Positions 25,303 through 32,000 of a stretch of 32,000 bases of DNA are shown here, piece by piece. The DNA comes from Candidatus Hermodarchaeota archaeon (lineage in GTDB: Archaea; Asgardarchaeota; Heimdallarchaeia; Hodarchaeales; Hodarchaeaceae). The notes beneath the pieces are model-generated. The model ran no database searches. It was not told the origin of the DNA and saw only the letters and a list, made by a program, of their open reading frames with translations. A program made the position numbers and the translations under genes. Within the stretch, counting starts at the first letter, position 1; every line of letters begins with the position of its first letter. The DNA lies in assembly GCA_048886185.1 (NCBI GenBank), contig JBHLKY010000018.1, positions 67,992 through 99,991 of the forward strand, written 5' to 3'.

Positions 25303-26004
25303 TCATAGAATATGATGTGATTTATGATTATTCATTGCCCACGCTAGATACCCGCCAAAGAAACCGTGTATCAACATCCAAGGTAAACCAAAATAAGCAA
25401 CACCTAGAAATGACCCAGGCCCAGAAAGACCAGTCCCTGATGCATAAAAAGTTTCAATCGCGAAATAAACTAATAGAAAGTATACTAAATTCATGAAAAC
25501 ACCAGTTAATCCTGCAACATATTCTTCACGCATTCTTACCCTCTCTTTTAGCACCTTAAAAGAGACATCAGCAGAAAATCCAACCATTAATCCAATCAAA
25601 CACCAACCAACAACGGCCCAGGCTCCTTTTAGGACATCAATCTCGTAGTAATATTCAACAAAAAAGCCAATGACTGAATAAGGGATAAATACCAAAACTC
25701 CCATTCCAAACGTTTGGTTAGTTTTGTAAATAGCTGAGATTACTATCAAGCTTAACAAGAGAGAAATCACATAGATATAAAACATCCCGATACCCATATA
25801 TGTTTCTCCTTCAATTCCAAAACCTAATGTTGCTTGACCCGCATAATAATCCCAAAAGAAGATACAGAGAAAAAATACGACTTGTAGAATTAAACTAAAG
25901 GTGATAGCCCATTTGGATATCTGTTTAAATTTCTTTTTTGGATGAGTCATGGATTCTAAATGCATTGGAAATCGAAATCCATCTGTTTTTGTTGTTCCTG
26001 ACAT
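25303..26004 (-). CDS. Integral membrane protein, possibly ECF S-component-like
   Basis: About 6 TM. The Gly-rich pattern (GMGVL..PY..IG; GL.VGFSAD; HGFFGGYLA) is reminiscent of ECF S components. The family call is weak. Confidence 0.6.
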   Translation of the reverse strand: MSGTTKTDGFRFPMHLESMTHPKKKFKQISKWAITFSLILQVVFFLCIFFWDYYAGQATLGFGIEGETYMGIGMFYIYVISLLLSLIVISAIYKTNQTFGMGVLVFIPYSVIGFFVEYYYEIDVLKGAWAVVGWCLIGLMVGFSADVSFKVLKERVRMREEYVAGLTGVFMNLVYFLLVYFAIETFYASGTGLSGPGSFLGVAYFGLPWMLIHGFFGGYLAWAMNNHKSHHIL

Positions 26005-26029
26005 CTTTTTCCCTCAAACTCTATTCTTC

Positions 26030-26296
26030 TCATGAATGATAACTTGAATCTCCATTAGAAACTTGGTTATCATATAATTTATTCACTTGCCAACAACCAC
26101 GATTGTTATCCGAACCAAATGCGCATAATTTTGCAGGGTTACCAGCTATGAAAGCTTTTTTACCGAAGTGCCAGCAGAAATGGCATTGCATTTTTCCAAT
26201 GCTAAAAAGCAACCGCTTCTGTTGATTTTTTAATCGAATTTCCTCACATAATTCTAAAGCAATTTTCTGGGGAATAAATTCCGTTTTATGATTCAT
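26030..26296 (-). CDS. Small Cys-rich putative metal-binding protein
   Basis: 88 aa with five Cys: LCEEIR, QCHFCW, KLC and RGCWQVN. Ends 25 nt before the co-oriented membrane gene. Confidence 0.75.
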   Translation of the reverse strand: MNHKTEFIPQKIALELCEEIRLKNQQKRLLFSIGKMQCHFCWHFGKKAFIAGNPAKLCAFGSDNNRGCWQVNKLYDNQVSNGDSSYHS

Positions 26297-26502
26297 ATTT
26301 CACATCTCTCAAATTTTTTTTAATTCATATTACAAAAAATTAGTAATTAATACATTTTGACATGTTTTGGTTCAACAAAGCTCACATAAATCGGTAACTT
26401 TCTCCCTGATTGTGCACCTCCATGTGCAAAAATTAGAAGGGGATCTATACAAATTATCAATAGATATAACCTTTTTATCATAAACTCACATAGGCGTTCT
26501 AG

Positions 26503-27423
26503 ATGGACTCCAAGGATCTTGAAATTATAAAATTACTCAATTCTAATGGCCGAATGCCTTTTTCGACTATTTCAAAAAAGATAAAATTAAGTCTTAATGG
26601 CACGAAAAAACGCATTAATAAATTGGAACAGGAAGGAGTTATCAAAGGGTACTCATGTGAATTGAGCTTTGGAATCTTGGGAGAAGAGACTGGACTCGTG
26701 CGCATCAATGTTTCTAGTAAACTTGAAAGTGTACAAGAAATTGTTGACACTATTGGTAATCATGATCTCATTTTCACAGTTGGAGTGGGGATTGATAATA
26801 AAATTATTGCTGTTTTTACGTATAGAACAAGCTCAGAAGTTGTAGAGCTGGAAAATTGGTTAAAATCAGTTTCCTCTATAGAAACGGTTGAACTTTTTCT
26901 ATTACTCTCAAAACCAATTAAAGATCCCTCTTTAATAGCGCCTGCAGATTATAAAATAATTTCTGAACTAAGAGGAAATGGAAGATTGCCGCTACAGACT
27001 CTTTCGGAACGAACCCAAATTTCTACAAGGACATTAAAGAAAAGACTGGATAGATTGTTGAATAATGGGCTTATTTACTTTTCCACAATGTTATCACCAG
27101 GTTCATCAGAGGAACTTATAATCTTCACGATTTTTTGTACCTTGAGACTAGAAGTCAATAAGATAAATTTCTTCCAAAAAGTAATGAAAATTTTCGCAGA
27201 GAATTTTTGGGTTGGATGGATAGTTGTTGAAAAACCTGTTATTATCTTAAGTTTCTTTGCTCCTAACATCAAAACGATTAGAAATGTTGAAGAAGGACTT
27301 AAACAGACATTTCTTGAGATTGTTTCCACAGATACGATTACTGGTGGTGAAGGGTTTCACTTTCACGATTGGCGTACCAACCACATAATAAAAATGGCAA
27401 AGAAGTATAAACAGCAAACCTAA
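26503..27423 (+). CDS. Lrp/AsnC-family regulator with two tandem HTH-RAM units
   Basis: MDSKDLEIIKLLNSNGRMPFSTISKKI..S....KRINKLEQEGVIKGY, and a second unit DYKIISELRGNGRLPLQTLSERT.IS..TLKKRLDRL. Confidence 0.9.
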   Translation: MDSKDLEIIKLLNSNGRMPFSTISKKIKLSLNGTKKRINKLEQEGVIKGYSCELSFGILGEETGLVRINVSSKLESVQEIVDTIGNHDLIFTVGVGIDNKIIAVFTYRTSSEVVELENWLKSVSSIETVELFLLLSKPIKDPSLIAPADYKIISELRGNGRLPLQTLSERTQISTRTLKKRLDRLLNNGLIYFSTMLSPGSSEELIIFTIFCTLRLEVNKINFFQKVMKIFAENFWVGWIVVEKPVIILSFFAPNIKTIRNVEEGLKQTFLEIVSTDTITGGEGFHFHDWRTNHIIKMAKKYKQQT

Positions 27424-27498
27424 ATTTGCCTAATATTTAATATTTCTCCTAGCATAAAAGGGAAGATCCTAGCATAAGAGGAAAAAAGAGAGAGAAGA

Positions 27499-29199
27499 TT
27501 ATTGAACCAATCTATCTCTCGCAGATACAACTTTCTTTAGTACAACAATATAGAAGACAATGGCTATGCATGTACAAATCAAAGCATTAGGTAGAACATC
27601 TATCAAAGCTTTTTCGCCTAAAAATACCCCCATATAGTCAAAATAGCTAAATGGAGTTAAGGCAAGTAGTAAGAAGTTATCAGCTATAAATCCAGCTAAA
27701 AGGAGAAGAATACTGATAGTAAATCCAAGTAATAACGTTTTTTGAGCATGTCTATAAGGAACCAGAAGTGCTAAAGCGAGAAAGACGATGAAAAACACGC
27801 AATATCCCCACATAAAGATCAAATAGCTTGCAGCTGCATTAACGAGATCACCATTATTTTCAAGCCCAAAATCCACGAGGATAAAGGTTAGAAAACTACC
27901 AAAGAATAAGGTCATAAGACCTATTAGTGCGGCCATAGTTCTATTGAATATTATTTTTGTTTCACTTTGTGGAAGTACCCATGTGATTTCTGCAATTCGC
28001 TCTTTTTTGTCCCTGAAAATAATATTATTTATAACAATCAGAATGAAAGGCCCAAAAGGTATCATCCAAGCCCAGGCAAAAAACTCAAGGGTAAACCAAC
28101 CTTCAAAAGTTGGTTTTAGTTCATAATTAAATAAAGCTGCGTCTATAAATGGGATATCAATGCTAGCAAAAGTGGCAGCTGTTTTTACCTCTCCTTCGTA
28201 TGTGCCTCCTTGCATAATTGTAAGACCGATTGTAACGATTAAAAAGACAGTCATAATTCCAACCATTGAATGTAATTGATCACGTAAGGCAGGAAATCTC
28301 CATCCGAGACTTCCAATTAGTTTGTCGAGAGGTAATTTTATTATTGAAAGTTTTTTAGTGATCTTTTGGCTTTCTATTTCCGGTTCATCAATTATTGATT
28401 TCTTATAACCTCCTTCTATGAAATCCTTTCGATGGATTAATAAAATAGACAGAATAATTAAGATAATTGATAAAAGGAGTGTTAAAAGAAGGAATTCTTC
28501 ATTCCAAGTTCCCATGATCGCATTTTGGGTATTTTGAGCTCTAGAAAATAGGTTTAAATCCAATAGGGCTTCAAAATCTTTATTATTTCTAAAAGCCATA
28601 TCTGAGAAAAAGCCAATTACAGTATAACCTCCCCCAATAAGATAACCTATTTTTTTGGAGAAGGATATTGAACATCCAAATGCTGTTAGAAAAGCAATAA
28701 AGATGGTAAGAAATCCTCCAATAACAAAGCTAATTGTCAAATTTACAACTGAATCAGCATTATTATTAATGAGAAGAAAAAATATCGATAATAAGTAACT
28801 TGGAGTACATATAAGCCAAATTAAGCCAGTTAATAGAATTGAATTCTCTAAAAATTCCCTTGTAAGTGATTTTGGTGTTGAAAATAAGAGTTCTTTTCCA
28901 TCCTTTTCAGCAATTGGTAAAATATTAACTCCAAGAAGGATTGCTGATAGAGGTAGATAAATACTAATTACCATCCCCGCTGCAATTATTGTCCATATAT
29001 GAAATCCAGGATTATCATATTCAAGTTCTCCAACAAATCTCTCATAATAGATTACAATATTTTGCATTGACTCTTCGCCAGGATAGATTAATGGGAAAAA
29101 CAGAGTTATAGCAGAAAAAAGTATGATAGAAAGCCCAAAAACAGTTTTATGTCTTAAAAAGCGAAGATAAAGGAGTTCAATGGATTTTGGAACGTACAT
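27499..29199 (-). CDS. ABC-2-type permease, two fused permease halves (about 12 TM)
   Basis: Duplicated EKDGKELLFSTPKS and DKKERIAEITWVLPQS loops. Directly downstream of the ABC ATPase. Confidence 0.85.
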   Translation of the reverse strand: MYVPKSIELLYLRFLRHKTVFGLSIILFSAITLFFPLIYPGEESMQNIVIYYERFVGELEYDNPGFHIWTIIAAGMVISIYLPLSAILLGVNILPIAEKDGKELLFSTPKSLTREFLENSILLTGLIWLICTPSYLLSIFFLLINNNADSVVNLTISFVIGGFLTIFIAFLTAFGCSISFSKKIGYLIGGGYTVIGFFSDMAFRNNKDFEALLDLNLFSRAQNTQNAIMGTWNEEFLLLTLLLSIILIILSILLIHRKDFIEGGYKKSIIDEPEIESQKITKKLSIIKLPLDKLIGSLGWRFPALRDQLHSMVGIMTVFLIVTIGLTIMQGGTYEGEVKTAATFASIDIPFIDAALFNYELKPTFEGWFTLEFFAWAWMIPFGPFILIVINNIIFRDKKERIAEITWVLPQSETKIIFNRTMAALIGLMTLFFGSFLTFILVDFGLENNGDLVNAAASYLIFMWGYCVFFIVFLALALLVPYRHAQKTLLLGFTISILLLLAGFIADNFLLLALTPFSYFDYMGVFLGEKALIDVLPNALICTCIAIVFYIVVLKKVVSARDRLVQ

Positions 29200-29210
29200 T
29201 CTACTGTCTC

Positions 29211-30101
29211 CTATTTTTTACTCTTATAAAACTGCATAAAATAGTCTTCAAGACTTGCAGGAGGATAAGAAAGTTCTTCAGGCTCCATTAAGAGAAGATT
29301 TTCAAGAAAAGGTTTGATAGAAGCTGATTGCGGAATTAATATCCGTACTCTATCTTTTTGCATTTCAAGAAGATTGGCACCAAGAGATTTTAGTTGTTCC
29401 TCATTGGGATTGTTAAGTTGTGCCTCTAATACCCTTGATACGTTTTTATTAAGAGTATGAATCTCTTCAACTGTAACTAAAAAGCCTTCTTTGATGATTG
29501 CTACTCTATCACAAATTCTTTGCACCTCAGAGAGATTGTGACTACTAAAGAAAATTGTTTTACCTTGGTTTTTTGATTCTAAAAGGAGCTCATAAAGTTC
29601 CTGCTGAAGAAGTGGATCAAGGCCTGATGTTGGCTCATCTAGAATTAACACATCTGGATCATGCATAAGCGCAGCCACAATGCCAACTTTTTGCTTATTT
29701 CCTTTAGAGAGCTCTCCTATCTTCTTTTTAACAGGTAATGCAAATCGCTCAACTAGCTCATTTCGTCTCTTACTGGATTTTTTACGCATGTTTTGAATGT
29801 AGGAGAGAAATTCGTTTACAGTATAATTTTCTGGGAGGATAAATTCCCCAGGAATGTACCCAATATTTTCCCGCATTTCAGGATTCTTTCTAGTGACCTT
29901 GTTTCCATTGATCCAGATATTTCCTGATGTAGGTAGAAGAATATTTATCATACAACGAATCGTTGTTGTTTTACCTGCTCCATTCGGACCAAGAAATCCA
30001 AATATTTCACCTTCATTGATTTCAAGGGATAAATTTTCTATCCCACGTGATTTCCCATAGTATTTTGTTAGATCTTGAATTTTTATTTTTGGTTTATTCA
30101 T
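29211..30101 (-). CDS. ABC transporter ATP-binding protein (export type)
   Basis: Walker A GPNGAGKTT, signature LSKGNKQK, Walker B ILDEP and H-loop SSH. Confidence 0.96.
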   Translation of the reverse strand: MNKPKIKIQDLTKYYGKSRGIENLSLEINEGEIFGFLGPNGAGKTTTIRCMINILLPTSGNIWINGNKVTRKNPEMRENIGYIPGEFILPENYTVNEFLSYIQNMRKKSSKRRNELVERFALPVKKKIGELSKGNKQKVGIVAALMHDPDVLILDEPTSGLDPLLQQELYELLLESKNQGKTIFFSSHNLSEVQRICDRVAIIKEGFLVTVEEIHTLNKNVSRVLEAQLNNPNEEQLKSLGANLLEMQKDRVRILIPQSASIKPFLENLLLMEPEELSYPPASLEDYFMQFYKSKK

Positions 30102-30124
30102 TTTTAAGACCTAATGACTATTTT

Positions 30125-30208
30125 TTGCGTGAATATCGCAATTGACAGAATTTACGCAATAGTTTTTATATTTATCGAAAATGCTAGAAATTTCATAAAT
30201 GCTAGAAA
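30125..30208. promoter_or_regulatory. Candidate operators in the ABC/GbsR divergent promoter
   Basis: Inverted repeat TTGCGTGAAT(30125-30134)-N15-ATTTACGCAA(30150-30159), 9/10 match. Direct repeat AAATGCTAGAAA at 30179 and 30197. Confidence 0.55.
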
Positions 30209-30260
30209 AAAATAAAACATTTAAATTTATCTATTTATTATCTCCTTGGACATGAATTGA

Positions 30261-31376
30261 ATGAAAACAATCGTTAATCAATCCCCCTTCATTGATATAA
30301 AAAGAAATTACCTTATTTTTATGGAACACACATTAACTTGGTTTGATTCAAATTTAGTAAGGGTTTTATTTGCTTTACTTATGGAAGGGGATGCTCTTGA
30401 CCAAACTCAGATAATTGAATTGACTGAACTCAACAGGGCAACTGTTTCAGAGACGCTTTCAAGACTTACCGATGTAACAAGTAAATTCTTAGTTCTTCAA
30501 ACACGAAAAAAAGGAGAAAGGAAAAAGTATCAGTGTCCTCAAAAGCTAGCAGTGTATTTTCGAACTCTTTTAATTGAAGGTTTGGAAGTAACTAAATTCA
30601 GTTTAGAACAAGTTCCTCTATTGATTCACAGGTTAGACGCGCTCCCTTCTCAAAATTCTGAAATTTTGCGTGTGAGGAGATTTCTAAACGAATATTGGGA
30701 ATTATCAAACTATTTTCATTTCACAGTTACATATTTCCAAAATAATGTAGACAAGTTTGTTAAGAATCCAGATGTAATTTCTCAATTAATTGACAATATG
30801 ACACCGAATGATGCCAAAAGCTTTAACTTTCCTGCTCTTAAATATGATCTAATTAGCAGAGATAGTCTTGAAAGAATCAAAAAGGATTTTCTTGAAGATC
30901 AAGTGGCAAGTCAAGCGGCAGCTGTTGGTAAGAAGAAAGAACTTGTAATGATAGGTTTACTTTTTTATATGGAAGAAAAACCACTTACACAGGATTACAT
31001 AATAAAAATCACTGGTTATAGCCGTTCAACTGTTTCAGTAACATTAAAAACTCTCATTCAACTTAATATTCTTCAAGTAATTAAAAAACGTAAAGATAGA
31101 AGAAAATTTTACCAAATAAAATTTACTTTAACAGAAAATCTGTTCAACACTATTAAGCAGTTCCGCTATATATTCTCTCACGCTAAAGAAATCATTCAAG
31201 TTCAATTTCAATCACGTCTTGAAAAAATTGAAGAGAATGGAGAAAAAGAAAAATTCTTGACATTTTTAGAGGAGAATATTCGTTTTTTTGAGTTATTTGA
31301 AGATTATACCAATGCTTGTACCCATATTCTACAGGAATTTTTATCAAAACATAAACCAAAAAACTTAGATTTGTAG
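30261..31376 (+). CDS. GbsR/MarR-like regulator with two tandem winged-helix units
   Basis: LFALLMEGDALDQTQIIELTELNRATVSETLSRL and LLFYMEEKPLTQDYIIKITGYSRSTVSVTLKTL, each followed by an RK-rich wing. Confidence 0.85.
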   Translation: MKTIVNQSPFIDIKRNYLIFMEHTLTWFDSNLVRVLFALLMEGDALDQTQIIELTELNRATVSETLSRLTDVTSKFLVLQTRKKGERKKYQCPQKLAVYFRTLLIEGLEVTKFSLEQVPLLIHRLDALPSQNSEILRVRRFLNEYWELSNYFHFTVTYFQNNVDKFVKNPDVISQLIDNMTPNDAKSFNFPALKYDLISRDSLERIKKDFLEDQVASQAAAVGKKKELVMIGLLFYMEEKPLTQDYIIKITGYSRSTVSVTLKTLIQLNILQVIKKRKDRRKFYQIKFTLTENLFNTIKQFRYIFSHAKEIIQVQFQSRLEKIEENGEKEKFLTFLEENIRFFELFEDYTNACTHILQEFLSKHKPKNLDL

Positions 31377-31410
31377 TTTACGGATAATGAACCTTTTAGG
31401 ATGTGTGTTG

Positions 31411-32000
31411 ATGTCTTCAGTAAAAGGTTTTAAACTCTTAAAAGAGAAGGTTCCAGAATTTAGGAACCCTTTAATAGGAGGAGTCATTGTTATAATCTCA
31501 ATAGCCGTTTTTTTAATGATTATGGGGATTTTCTGGTGGTTTGATAATTTAGCTTGGTATGGGGCCATTATTAGCCAATTGATTTTTGTAATTATCACTA
31601 GTTTCTTTTTTTATGGCTTTACAACAAAAGGTAATGCTTATCGACAGAAACACGGAGAATTAGCATATCGACACTTCTTTTTTCATTATGTAATTCCAGT
31701 TCTTGTCACAGGGAATGCCTGTATATTCCATACTCTTTTAATAAACGGCCCGCTTTTACTACATTTTTGGTTTGCTTTTATTGCAGCCATATTCTTTATT
31801 TCAATGCGTTTCTTATTAGAGTGGCATTTACGGAAAGCAGGTTTTGATGAAATTGCGCATGGATTAGGAATCTATATAGTATTCCCAGAGGAGGGAAATA
31901 CTGTCACTTCTGAAATCTATTCCTATATTCGTCATCCAATGTATACTGGTGATTTGTTTCTCGCCATAGGTTTGGCTCTATTGAAAAATAATCTATTAGC
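31411..32000 (+). CDS. Isoprenylcysteine carboxyl methyltransferase / PEMT-family membrane methyltransferase, 3'-truncated (absent from the ORF track)
   Basis: Translated by hand in frame 1: MSSVKGFKLLKEKVPEFRNP...several TM...SEIYSYIRHPMYTGDLFLAIG. YIRHPMY is the family motif. Open to the window end; alternative ATG at 31387. Confidence 0.85.
   Translation, partial: MSSVKGFKLLKEKVPEFRNPLIGGVIVIISIAVFLMIMGIFWWFDNLAWYGAIISQLIFVIITSFFFYGFTTKGNAYRQKHGELAYRHFFFHYVIPVLVTGNACIFHTLLINGPLLLHFWFAFIAAIFFISMRFLLEWHLRKAGFDEIAHGLGIYIVFPEEGNTVTSEIYSYIRHPMYTGDLFLAIGLALLKNNLL

Noticed and set aside
26410-26428. TGCAC-N6-GTGCA inverted repeat upstream of the Lrp gene
   Set aside because: The 5-bp arms are too short to distinguish from chance.
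22225-31598. Short ORFs 22225-22416, 22920-23117, 26499-26750, 27075-27329, 27944-28126, 29854-30060 and 31365-31598
   Set aside because: All are antisense shadows of well-supported genes.
20983-32000. CPBP (Rce1-like) protease plus ICMT-like methyltransferase as a eukaryote-like CaaX processing pathway
   Set aside because: The genes are 10 kb apart and not co-transcribed, both families are widespread in prokaryotes, and no prenyltransferase is present.
1-32000. CRISPR arrays, IS elements, tRNA/rRNA, prophage
   Set aside because: No regularly spaced repeats, transposase or integrase motifs, or structured-RNA signatures were seen by eye. A tRNAscan/Infernal run would be needed to exclude small RNAs such as a cobalamin riboswitch.

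Overview
AT-rich, gene-dense window with no recognisable rRNA, tRNA, CRISPR array or mobile element. TTTATA(A/T)A-type boxes ahead of genes, archaeal-type regulators and a longin/uDENN-like cytoplasmic domain suggest an archaeon, probably Asgard and Heimdallarchaeia-like. That taxonomy is inference. In order, the window holds: a 5'-truncated glycyl radical enzyme resembling the arylacetate-decarboxylase clade with its activase; a 1133-aa single-pass receptor-like protein; a Zn-ribbon/polyproline/coiled-coil protein; a translationally coupled fakA-like (DAK2) - fakB-like (DegV) - plsY-like - lipase cluster; a helical-repeat protein; a divergent padR/arsM pair; a B3/B4 protein; a carotenoid cluster (lycopene cyclase, crtI, crtB) with a CarH/LitR-type cobalamin-binding regulator that has a winged-helix rather than MerR DNA-binding domain; a CPBP protease; several membrane proteins; tandem-domain Lrp and GbsR/MarR regulators; an ABC exporter; and a 3'-truncated ICMT/PEMT-family methyltransferase missed by the ORF track. 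The two strongest candidates for undescribed systems are (1) the B12 photoreceptor-like regulator, with a shared TTCAT-N16-ATGAA site in both intergenic regions of the carotenoid cluster, and (2) the fatty-acid salvage/acylation operon whose PlsY lacks the canonical catalytic His motif. All family calls come from motif recognition by eye. No database search was run.
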